This document shows, piece by piece, positions 13,060 through 25,847 of a DNA stretch of 64,000 nt (within the stretch, counting starts at the first letter, position 1; each line of letters begins with the position of its first letter). A program made the translations under genes and the position numbers. Source of the stretch: Chrysomallon squamiferum (Eukaryota; Animalia; Mollusca); assembly GCA_012295275.1 (NCBI GenBank), contig CM022673.1:7874001-7938000 (forward strand), written 5' to 3'. The notes beneath the pieces were generated by a model that saw only the letters and a program-made list of their open reading frames with translations, was not told where the DNA came from and made no database searches.

Positions 13060-15165
13060 AAAAACAAAGAGAGAGAGAGAGAGAAAAAAAAATTTACATC
13101 TATGACTTTCTTAATGATGTGATGAAGAAAAACAGATTTCAGAAAGTATCTGGCTGCAAACGTCACTACAAGTTGAACCCCATTCCAAATGGATCCGACC
13201 AAGCAGCCATTTTTCCTGTCTATTATTGGATCAGCTTCCTAAATATAGCAACATGACCTTTTCTCAACAGCTACGAGGAATGAGATAAAATGCCTGTACG
13301 CAGAAATCAATAGATCAATGCCTAGACTGAAGCAAACTGGATTAATCTATGCAGCGAGTTGCTCAAAATAGAAAGCCGCGATGAAAATGGAAAATTGGAA
13401 TTCTATACTTCTGGCTATTTTACTAATAAAGCCAAATTTGTCAGGTATTGGTGGCTGGTTTAAATTAAGCAGAAATAGCACACAAAAGTTCTATTTTTGA
13501 AGAAAATATTAACAACTTTTCTGTGTGTTTGGCATAAACATGTTTTCACCAATTAGTCTTAATGTCAACATCTTGATTAAATCTATAGAGAGTGGCATCG
13601 TGGTATTTACAGTGTGTCATCACCATTAACAGCACTGAACACACACACACAAAAAGTAAACAATTGTCTTTTAACAATTCACAATAAGAGTTTTTATTTT
13701 TAATTAGAGATAAAAAAAAAATTTAAAAAAAAAAAGTATGTGATTTATAAAAAACAGTCAAGGTTTTTCAATTCTTTTCTAATTTGTTTTTCTCATTATT
13801 ATTATTATTTTTTTTTTATCTTCTTGTTTATTTTTTTTCCTTGCCATTGTTATTTTGTTATTTTATTTCTTTGTTTATTATTATTTTTTTAATTATTATT
13901 TTTCATTTTTCTTTTTTCATTTTCTGTTGATTATTGGTTTTGCTGATAAATTATTTGTAGAAATAGAAAAAAAATAATTAATAATAATTATTATTATTGT
14001 AATATTTTAAAAATATACACAAAACAAATTAAATCAAAACTGTAATAATAAAATTTTAGATTAAACACACACACACACACACACACACACACCATTTATT
14101 AACATAAAATGAATTTTTAAAAATATGCTTTTATTACAATAGATTTATACTTCTATACATGAAAAAAGGTTTTGCAAATAGATTAATGAAAATCAGTTCT
14201 GGGATTACTGCTCTCCTGTTTCCCCATACCATTATGAAGTACAGCAACATCACTGGAATGTACTGTCCTGCCTGTAGGAAAGATTTTCACAAGAATATAT
14301 ATATTTTTTTAATACACACAGCTTTATATTTCCATTCAATCAGTTCGTGAATAAAATGTATGGTGAATAATTTAATGAAAATTATCTCTGAAATTATTAC
14401 ACTGCTGTCTCTTCTTCTATTTATCAAGTATAATGGTATGTAGTGTCCTGTGTGTAGAGAAACTGCATTCTTACTTCTAACTGAAAGATACAGGTGGAAT
14501 CGTAGGCAATGTATGCCAGAAATAATATATTTAGTAATGCCGAAAGCCATTTTACAGAAAATGAATCCTAACTGTATTGTGAAACAAAACAAACTTTTTG
14601 CTTTGATCCATAATAAATCAAACAGCTCACATCTTGAACCTGTGAAAAACATAAAGCTAATTTACTATTTTTGAAATATCAGGAAGTTCAGGAGCCCTGA
14701 CTTGGAGGATAACGTGTTCATTTTCTCTTCTCTTAAACACAAACCATCAATAACTCTCACCAAAGAATGCTGCTCTAATTGTTTGCTATAAACAACAAAA
14801 AATAAACAAAAAATTTATGAAACAAAAACTCTGTTTTTCTGATCAGTTTGAGGGAGAAAAAAAAAAAAAAAAAAAAATTATAGAATATAAAAAATAAATA
14901 AATAAAAAAACATGGAAGTCGAGTTATTTTTCATGTCAACTAATAACTGCCAGTTCTCATTAATGCCAGACATTCACCTTTGGTACATCAATCTGCAACA
15001 TTCTTAACATGTTCAATTTTCTTTTTTTCTTTTTACATTTGTGGAGAATACTTTTGAGTTGCTGTGTATAACTCACAATATTCAATAAGAAAGAGAAACA
15101 TTTTATATGGGTTTTAAAATTATTGATTTAATATAAGTAGGATTACAGTCTATTATTTTTGTTTG

Positions 15166-15221
<56 letters not shown>

Positions 15222-17824
15222 TATATATATATGAGACAGAAAGAAAGAGAGAATGTTTATATATTCTTTTGCCCTTTTTCAGATTAATTACACAACAAAA
15301 AAAAAATAACTATTCATCTTAAACCATTTGAAAATAATGTAATTGTGAAATTATTATGAACAGATTACAAAAATATGAAGTTTCCTTATAACAATCTCTT
15401 TTTGTCAATAGAATTCAGTTTTTATTTCCATTTTTTTTCAATAAAAATAAATAAATAAGTAAAAAACAATAAAAATAAAAATAAAATAAAATAAAGCAAT
15501 AACAATATACTTCATATGGCTTGTTCCTATAAATTTTCTAGAACAAGTACTTGCTGTTATCATCATCATATATTTTTTAGCTTATTTATTTTAAATATTC
15601 TTTTCTCAATCATTCCTAGATGTCCAGGTGTATATACATATAATTTTCAACAGATGTTCTTCCAATCTTTTGCAGTTTAAATTCTGTCTTGTAAATGAAT
15701 GGAACATAATTGTGAAATAATAACTGCAACTTTGACCTTATTTGCTAAACTATTATTCTAATACAAATATCAGTCTATGCCCATCCTTACAAGATCATTA
15801 TCAGGCCTATAGCTATTTACTGTTGTTGTTGTTGTTGTTGTCATCATCATCATTATGATTATTATTATTATAGATTAGGGCTATATGGTAATTGTTTCTC
15901 TCATTATCATTACACAAATGTACTTAGGGCATAAAATGTGTAAGGGTCATAATAATATTCATAACATATGCTAAAATAAATATATTTTTCTTGAAAGAAA
16001 TCTTCAGAATAAATAACTTACCTTCAAGACTCCAAATGAATTTTTATACACATATTGATTAAACATTACAATCATTCTGTTACATCCATTATGCAAAAAA
16101 ATAATGTAAACCATGCCATCTGAGCTGTTTAAGACAACAAGACGTAAATTATCAAAAAAAACAAACACATTTTTTCTTTAAAAGTTTTACCACTCTTTAC
16201 CTTTATATTCACCTAAGATTATTAACATAATTTTTTTTTTTTTCAATATTTCCTTGCATAAGTTCAATAAAAATACAACGAAATGAAAATGGCTAGAATG
16301 CATTAGAAGAAACAATTAAGATTTTTAAATGAATGGTTACAGGTAATTAGTTAACATGATGTACTGAATATGTGTTAAAAATGTGAATTACTTATGCTTA
16401 ATCTTTAAAAAACCCAAATGAAAGTATTTACACTATACTTCATATAGTCAGCAAAAGAGTGTGTATGAATATTTATGCATTTATGTGTGAACTTTTGAAT
16501 GGATATATATCTGTCAGTTTGTAACTGCTCTGATGAGTGTAGGTGAGGGAAAGGCAGAGAAATACAGTGAATATTGTATATTGTGGTGATTAAAAAATCC
16601 TGCAACTTTCTCTCCAGATACACAATGCATACATTTGTATGCACATTGATAGGTATGTATGCAGGTATGTATTGCTTTTAATGTATGTATGTATGTATTT
16701 ATATGTTTTTGTGTATATGTGTACATGCATGAATGTGTCTTGTATGCATACATGCGTGAGTGTCAGTGTTATTTAATTGTGATTCTGTGTGTGTCTGTAT
16801 GAATGCATGTATATATAATCTGTCTACGACTATTCCCTTGCATGTCAAACGAAACAGGACAGTGACAGATAAAAGTACACAAAGACAGACAACTGATTAC
16901 ATTAAGTATGAGTAGCAGGGACAAGCTTCATGCACAGCCTTGCCCTTCGTGCACAGACAAACATGTACAGACATATGCTGAATACTGAGGTACAATCAGA
17001 ATTAATAACTAAACTCAGTAGTGCCAGCTGCTGCCCACTACGATGTATTGCCTTCCTTACAGTCAAAACAAACACACCAAAACCTTCATCGTGGATACTG
17101 GACTTCCACAGATCTGATGGGGGAGTTTATTTAATGGTAATTTTTGTTTTTAAGAACTTCAAAAATAAAAAATAAAAAAAATAAAAAGGAGAATAAAATA
17201 GTGAATGTTGGTTTTAATAGTAATTTTTGTTTTTATGAACTTCAAAAAACACACACAAAAAAAAAATAACTAAATAAAATAGTTAATGTTTCTATGAAAA
17301 AGCGAGTATAAATTTGTAAACAACAACTGCAACAATAATAAAAATAACAAAAATAACATTAACAACAACAGTAATAACAAAAACAACAGCACCAATGATA
17401 ATAATAATTTTCTAATTAAGTCAATCAATCAACTAACGTATGCTGACACCAACTGAACAATCTGTCACATCTTTCTTGTTTATTTTTCAAAATTGAATAA
17501 TTAATTAAGAGACTAATACTGAGTAAATAAATGCAGATGTGTAACAATGAAAACCATATTAATTACAATTAATAGTTATAAATCGAAATGTCACCATATT
17601 GCATCTGCCTGATAATATATGATTAAAAACAAAATTGATTGTTTTTCTGTATTCTTATGGAAATCATTCATCATTTTGACTTTAATTTTTTATATATATA
17701 TACATATATATATCTCGTTTTATTTTCTATTTTAAATTCAGTTAATAAGCTTATAAACTTGTATATGAGAAAATGTTGGTAACAGCAATTTAATTAAATA
17801 AACTCACCTTCTCTGCACACACAA

Positions 17825-17861
<37 letters not shown>

Positions 17862-18220
17862 AAAACATATGCAGTCTCATTAAAATAATGTCTTCAAACA
17901 TACCTAACTACATTTTAGTATTGAAAACACTGGTAAAGGTTTAAATGGACTTAAGACAAACATACAAACAGATGTGAGTGTATATATGGACATGTATTTC
18001 AAATTTCACTAACATAAGATCAATTGTAAAAGTCTACCTCCCAGCTGTAGCAACAATTTGGAAAAGTTGATAACTTTATTTATCTTTTAATACCCTAAAA
18101 CAACCATTTATGTTTGCTGCTACATAAAAAATTTACTTTGAAGAATTGATTCTTTCTTTTGAAAAAGAATTAAAAAAGTATAAGCATACATTTGACACTA
18201 AAACACACACATGCATGCAT

Positions 18221-18256
<36 letters not shown>

Positions 18257-19390
18257 TCTATAACTATATCAGAAAAAAATAATCTGAACAATTATATATC
18301 CCTATATATACACACACACACAAGAACATTAATCTGATTTTTTTTTTTTTTTTAAATATATAAAAACTCTACATTTATATATCTTAATAAAGACACAAAA
18401 AATATGTAAAAAGCCCTACTTCATTATCTTTTAATAAAAGCTTTACCTTTTGAATCTGTGATAAAGAAAAGATAAGTATTTTATGCCTAGCTGAATATAT
18501 GTAAAAACCTGATATCCTTCACCCTCTGTGTTTCTTGATGAATGTGGCAGCAGAACAGTTCTTGGTTCACCCATTATTACTTTAATATTCATTTTTTCAT
18601 GTTATAATATTACTTGAACCTATTTACCGTAACCTTGCTCGTACAACAGCAAAATAAAATGGAAAGATAAAAAAAAAAAAATAGGCCAGAAAAAAACAGG
18701 CTCAAAATAGACCAATATTCATTTAAAAAAATAAATGGAAATCAAGATAAAAAAAGATGGGAAAAAAAATGGTAAAAATGTAAAAGCAAGAAAGATTACA
18801 TTTAAAATATAAATAACTCTAGAAAAAAAGAAAAAGGAAAGAAAAGAAAAAAAATTAAGATTCTGCAAAGAAAAACAAAACAAAAATTAAAAAAGAAAAA
18901 AAACACAGAAAATAAGAAAACAGACTCCAGAAATTCTCGATAGTGTGATTACATACAGATGTATTTCTGTCTCTTTTTTTTTTTTTTTTTTAAATAAAAC
19001 CTAAAAGCTCATTTTATTTCTTTCTTCTTCTTTTTTTTTCATTTGCCCTAAAAAAAAAAAACCCATTTATTTTCATTTTCTTTTTTCTAATTCATTTACA
19101 ATCCTACTTTATACTTTGCAGTTACCCAAACCATCTGCATAACATCTATTTAGTTTAAAATCAAGAAGAAAAAAAAAAAAAATTTTAATTAAAAAAAAAA
19201 AAAAAAGGGAAAAAAAAAAAGGGTTAAGCCAATCTAAAAATAAAACACATTTTCTAAAATAGCCAGTGATCCAAGGATCAGACAAATTCTGATAACTTTT
19301 CTATTATTCTCCTTGTACTTTGAGAACCTGGTTAACATCAGCACATGTGCGTGAGTACAAATACTGATAAATAATAAACAGTCTACTTAC

Positions 19391-19400
19391 GGAAAACCAT
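19391..19400 (-). CDS. Candidate very short coding first exon, MVF plus a phase-1 base
   Basis: ATG GTT TTC C|GTAAGT, with unique CpG-bearing sequence upstream (19440-19700). Too short to exclude chance. Confidence 0.25.
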
Positions 19401-19897
19401 AAACTCTTAATAAACCTTGTTTTTGCAATAAGGAGCTTATAACACATACATACAAAAGTGTAAGCCGTGACCTTGACTGTAATGAGCTTACGGTGATGAC
19501 AGTAACAAACAACAAAATAAAAGTGCTCTTTGCATCTTTCAGAATGACCTGACAGTATAGTATATGTGTGTTCTGGTAAAAAGATGGTTCTGCATCTGGG
19601 ACTGTAGAATTTATACTTCGGGATGTATGTGAAAATGTAGGGTTTTTTTTGATAATTTTTTTTTTTTTATGTCAGTAAAACATCCTTTCGAGGGACTGAA
19701 GAGAGCTACTTGTAGATAGGATGATGGTTATTATTAGAAATATTGTGTTTTTAAAAAAGGATTCACTGTTATCTGTCTGCTGTAATCTAGTTTTGAATGA
19801 GTGCCACGATAACATTTAATAATATTGTAACTTTTACAATGTGTTAAATAATGTGTGAGAGAAATACAGTACAAGAGTTAGAGACAGACAGACAGAC

Positions 19898-19920
19898 AGA
19901 GAGAGAGAGAGAAAGAGGGG

Positions 19921-20016
<96 letters not shown>
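19898..20016. repeat. (GA)n polypurine microsatellite
   Basis: Long GA run. Similar tracts at 23211-23263, 33985-34028, 39317-39395 (CT) and 55957-56003 (CT). Confidence 0.95.
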
Positions 20017-20019
<3 letters not shown>

Positions 20020-20648
20020 ATATCTTAAGCAAAATATGAGTCAAAGTGCTTTCTATAAATTTTTATCTTCACTTTTTGCTCAATAATTGAACATCATCAA
20101 ATTAAAATACCTTCAGTAAACAATTAACTACTGACCAGGTACATCAAACCCCCTCAAAAATGACACAACATTTCTGTATATCAAACCCATTCAAAACAAT
20201 ACCCTAACCAAACTATTTCAAGATAAAACACCATAAATATCAGTTATTACAGTGGAAAAACAAACCAACAGAACCCTTATCAAAAAAGTAACTAAAAATA
20301 ATAACATTCAACTGCTGTTGAGTACGAAAGAAAAAAAATAGCACAGAATGTTTATCTTATAACAGCATCTTTTTATGAAAGTCAGTAACAAATGCCTACA
20401 GCATGCATGCACAAACACATGCACATACACACACACACACATAGTTAACAAAAATATTTTTTAAAAGATTAATGAAAGAAGCCCTTTCTGTTGTCTCCAA
20501 AGTATTATAAATGCAGCAATAGTTTAGGAAAAACTTTAAAAAGTTTGTTTGTTTTGTTTGTTTATTTAGTACAAAATACAAAATTTTATCATCAACACAC
20601 AAAACCCCCAAAAGCAGGCTTACTAGCAAGAGCCACATAAAAAGAGTG

Positions 20649-20687
<39 letters not shown>

Positions 20688-20689
20688 AC

Positions 20690-21170
20690 CTTCTAGTAAA
20701 CATAACTCCAAACGAACACAAACTTATTTTCCATTCTGGTCAAGAAAATAATATCCAAAGTAGAAAGCTCACTCAATTCTTACAATCCCTCAGTGATGAA
20801 GAACAAGTTAAATAAATTATATACAAAAAGAAAACACTGTCACAATCCTGTTCAAAATGAGTTTATCTTTTCTACAAGCCAAATACCGATGAGAAAAGCC
20901 ATTGGAGGAAGATGAAGAGAAAAATACTTTGTGTACAGCTTCCCATGTAGAAGACTTTTTACCCAAAGAAGCTGGCAGAGTGGAATGAAGCTATTTATAT
21001 CTGGTTTTATCTTGCCTTTCAGGAATCATTACCTGGCAACCGTGTGTGTGCGAGATCACCAGTTTGTTGTGAGTTGCTTGCACGGCAGCCAAAATCCCAG
21101 TGTTTTACATGTACACATGCACTTGCAACTTGCGTTTCCTATCAGCTGTGTCTTTCACCTGTTTTCTCCT
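20690..21170 (-). promoter_or_regulatory. Putative alternative promoter / first exon with X-box-like site
   Basis: AAG|gtaatt donor at 20689, unique UTR-like sequence, GTTGCCAGGTAAT (minus strand, 21028-21040), E-boxes and CpGs at 21040-21180. Confidence 0.35.
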
Positions 21171-21734
21171 GTGTTACGAGATTTTTCTAAAGTTTTTAAT
21201 TTACATCTCTATTTTTTTTTTTTTTTTTTTTTTTACCCATTTTTCTATTTTTTTGTTTTTTTTTCAACATAGTGGGAATTTGCAGAGTGTTACAGTTGAA
21301 AGCTGAAAGAAGGCTTTAATGTTGTTACTTTTTTGAAATCAGTTTTAGAAATTTTTTGTTTTGTTTTTCATTAGTGTTAAATTTCAAATAATTCTTAATT
21401 TATTACTTTTATTTGTACTGCCATAAACAAAAACTTATTTTTTTATTTTTATATTACAACTATTACTGCTTCTTCTGCGATACTACTTATATCATTATTT
21501 TATTTATTTATTTATTTGAGTTTTTCTTCTTATTTATTTTTTTATTATTATTATTTTTATTTTTTTTTTTTTTTTTTTTTTGAAGTTAATGCTTCATAGA
21601 AGTTATAAAATGTTACACTATTTAAACTGTTTTTTTTTATATTATTATTTGCTGTTTACTAAAATCTTATACAATGCTACTTAAGATGTAAGATATTCTT
21701 AGATGATTTTTCATATTAAATAATAATTTTAAAG

Positions 21735-21765
<31 letters not shown>

Positions 21766-22029
21766 TCACCACAAAAGATACATGCAATGCATATAAAAAT
21801 ATTACCACATGCAGTTTTATGAAAAAGAGGGTAAAAAAAAAAAATGTTTTAAAAAAAAAAATATCTTTATAAATAAATTATAAATAGGAAGTTCCTGCTT
21901 TGCCTATAACTGTTTGTTATCTTCCAAATTTAGAAACATTCACATCAAAGCATTTTCTATTTTTAATTTGTTTTTATTTGGTTTACTTTTTTATTTATTT
22001 ATTGTTTTACTAATTATTTAATATTTCTT

Positions 22030-22900
22030 CTTATTTAACTGTCTTGCCAATTATTGTTAGACATGTTGGATCCAAGTTTGCTTCTAACACAATGAATCCA
22101 CACACTTAACATTACATATTTTCAGATATATATCAGATATATATTTAATTTAATTTATTTAATTTATTTAACTCTCCTGCCAGTTATTCTTAAATAAATA
22201 CAGTTTTTATGTTTGCCTCTGAACGCTAAAAATTCTTATTTAATTATTTTGTTTAATTTTCTTGGCTGTTATTCATGTTACTGTGCAATTTCAGTTTGCC
22301 TGTAAAGCCAATAAATCCACATATTTAACAACCATCAATGTGATATACAATATTAATTTTAACTATATCACAGTGGTTTTAGTAAGTATTCTTAATTATT
22401 TAATTAGTGTATTTGTTCTTCATCAACACACAGAGAATCTGAGTTTTCCTCTAAAAGCAATGAAACTGCATACTTAATCAATATAATCAATATAATATAC
22501 AAAAGTATTTTTAGCTGTATCTGTGTCTTGTTTTAATATCTATTCTTATTTAATTTACTTAACGTTTCTGGCAGTTATTATTACTTGTGCAGAATTTCTA
22601 TCTTCCTGTAAAACCAAAAATTCCACACCTTTAATTATAATCAGTTTTTATATACTACAGAATTTCTAGACATATCAGTGTATTTTCACTACTTATTCTT
22701 TTTTTTTACTTTGTTTCATTCACCTGCCAATTATTCTTAGATATCTACAATATTTTCATGTTTATTGTTATTTATTTATTTTATAATTCTCCTGGTAGTT
22801 ATTCACAGTAGTCTGCAATTTCAGTTTGCCTCTAAAGCCAATAATTCCACACAATCAATGTTATAAACAACAGTATTTTTAGATATATCACAGTATTTTT
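22030..22900. repeat. Ancient degenerate tandem repeat
   Basis: Recurring tgcca(a/g)ttattc, and tgcaatttcagtttgcct(g/c)taaagccaataa.tccaca blocks at ~22283 and ~22814, with partial copies at ~22045, 22178, 22570 and 22725. Confidence 0.6.
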
Positions 22901-22944
22901 AGATGAACTTTGAGAGGACTGGCATTAACACAACTCTAGACTGC

Positions 22945-22987
<43 letters not shown>

Positions 22988-23125
22988 TAGGGTAAGAAAT
23001 TTATGTTGGCAATCCCAGAGAATCTGGCACCTGAACACCCTGTGTTCTAACACTGTGTCTACCACCTCACTGACAGACAGGTGTAATGTGTATACAGGTG
23101 TCTGATTGTACTGCCAGAACACTCT

Positions 23126-23159
<34 letters not shown>

Positions 23160-23167
23160 GAGAGAGA

Positions 23168-23266
<99 letters not shown>

Positions 23267-25046
23267 TGTGACAGAGAGAAAGAGTGACAAAGAGTGACAG
23301 AGAGAGAGAGAAAGAGAGTGACAGAGAGAGAGAGAAGACAGAAATAGATTAGGACAGAGAGATAAAGAAAGATGTATGGAAAATGGGTTTGAGAGATATA
23401 GTGAGAGGAAATATGAAAATGAATGGAAAAGACAGACCGAGATGGTGGGATAAGTGAAAAACCAACAATTCAAAAAAATATAATGCAAATGTTGTATTAA
23501 CAAGAAGGCAAAACCTAAGAGAAAAAATCAGTTATAAGAGTCCATGACATAACAACATATCTCTAATTCTGATTAAAGACAGAAAAAAAACCCAGAAAAA
23601 AATGCTGAGAAAGAGAATGAGAGAACTAAAAGAGACTAAGTAAAGGAGAAAAGAAAGGAAAAGAAAAGATTAATAGTTTGAGAAAGAAATGAAAGTTCCA
23701 TCATGGTGTCCATGACAACAAAGACAGACATCTGATTAAGTGGTTATGAAGGAGTTAGCCAGATAGCTGCAAAACGCAGAGAAACACCTCAGCAGGTATT
23801 CTGCCTATAAAACTGAGAGTTGGCTGAACAAAAGAGATCTACATTGAAGATCAAGCTGTGTAACGTAAGGGCAATGAAAATAAATTCACAATAACATGCC
23901 TAAATCACTTTTCATTTGAAGCAAACATACTTTACAATCCAAAAGGCATCCCTATTTTAACCTATTTAACCATGAAATTAGGTTTGCTTGGTTCTTTGAT
24001 ACTAGGATATGATATGAATTATGAATGAAATATAAATTACAACTGACACAAAAAAAAAAAAAAAAAAGATTTTTTAAATTCTGGAATCATTTGAAACTGC
24101 TGAATAAACAATTGATATTTATGATTATTTCTATTAATAAACCCAATTGTAGAGTAAATGCTGGAACAGGAATTTGTCTAGAGCAGGATTCATCATATCT
24201 ATTTAGCCATTGATCAACATGCTCTGGTTTGCAGAAATTCAATCCTGTCAGACACAACGAATATTAAGATATCATTACAAATGTAGTATTGATCAGTGAC
24301 ATTTTTCATGTAAATACAAATATTTCTAGAGACTGGACAAACAGTATGGCTACATCACAGTTTTCATTTGTAAATTAAAATACCACAAATTAACAACATA
24401 CTTAACATAGGGCACATATCTATTTAAGTTCAGATAGATGGATTTTATTTGAGAACAAATTACTAGAATCTAACAATATACTTAAAAATGTTCCAGTACA
24501 TACTAAAGTCCAATAAGGTGGCTTCATTTCTAGTATAAGATACTTCACAATTAACAATATAGTTAATAATGTGCCTATATTTACTTAAGTTGAAATTGAT
24601 GGTTTTACAGATAAAATAAAAAGATAGAATGCAACACATCTCATTTGTTTTCTGTATTCTTTTTCTCTTTTGCATTTTAATTTGTTCTTCAGCTTATTGC
24701 TTCTAGATGTGTATATATATACTCTGCAGAACATTTTAAAATGTTATCACTACTACAAATATTAAAAATGTTAAGCTAATACAACACAATTCTTCTTTAC
24801 AATTTTCATGCAGACCATTATTAGTGCTAAAGAAAAGTTATCTCCCTTACCAGATATTGTCTGCATATTACAAAACTGCTAAGAATGTCTGCTAAGAATG
24901 TCTGCTAACATTTCATTCATCTGCTGTGACCTTTTACTGGTCTACCAGTTGTTCAGATTGTAAATACAAGTTAAACACAGCTACAACTTTCAACACAAAC
25001 TGTTATTTCTTTTGAGTTTTTTTTTATTATTTTATTTTATTTTATT

Positions 25047-25089
<43 letters not shown>

Positions 25090-25590
25090 TTTTTTTTTTG
25101 TTGTTGTTGTTGTTTTGTCTGTTTTTGTTCATCCATTTTAACAAAGTATACAATGCACTCTGTACCCACGCACATGTTAATATTTACAGTTCTCCTCCTG
25201 TTCACACTTCCTTCTTCTACCACTAAAAACTTTTTTAAAAAAAATATTTACGACCGACTCTTTGGTATTCAGAATCAACCTGAAAAATACTAATGTCATG
25301 TTTTAGGTCACGTAGATGTTAAACTGGTAGGTTATTTTTAGACTGTAAGATCTTGATGACAGCCAAATGTATCAACAAATCACCTGCGTAGTTTTAATAA
25401 TTACTTCAGGTGTGTTGTACCATAAGCCTGTAAATCCTGTTTTATAAACTGTCCGTTTTTTTTTTTATTTTTTTTTTTTTTTTTTTTTTTATTATTTTTT
25501 TTTTTTTTTTCCAGTGTTGCTTATGATTTTTGATTTAGTGCTTTTATTTTTTTTTTTTTTTTTTTTTTGGAAATTTTTTTACAAAAATAT

Positions 25591-25621
<31 letters not shown>

Positions 25622-25766
25622 TATGTTTTTGTGAGATTAAAAATAAAGTTTAGCTAAAAAAACAACAACATGTGATCAATCACATATGACTGTCACATAG
25701 TAAATGATCTTCTTCATATTTATAAAAGAATTTCAAATGTCTGTATATATTTGGTGTGGTATGTGT

Positions 25767-25847
<81 letters not shown>

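Noticed and set aside
13098-13238. Possible phase 0-0 exon EADPIIDRKNGCLVGSIWNGVQLVVTFAARYFLKSVFLHHIIKKVID
   Set aside because: Weak splice sites, and the phase is incompatible with the phase-1 chain.
16022-16075. Perfect AAG|GTAAGT donor with upstream MIVMFNQYVYKNSFGVLK
   Set aside because: Phase 0 and AT-rich, with no promoter-like context; at most a non-coding exon.
24851-24866. MQTIS+G|gtaagg and similar tiny phase-1 ATG-donor units (1270-1276, ~27229, 30459-30467 microexon)
   Set aside because: Too short and within the chance background.
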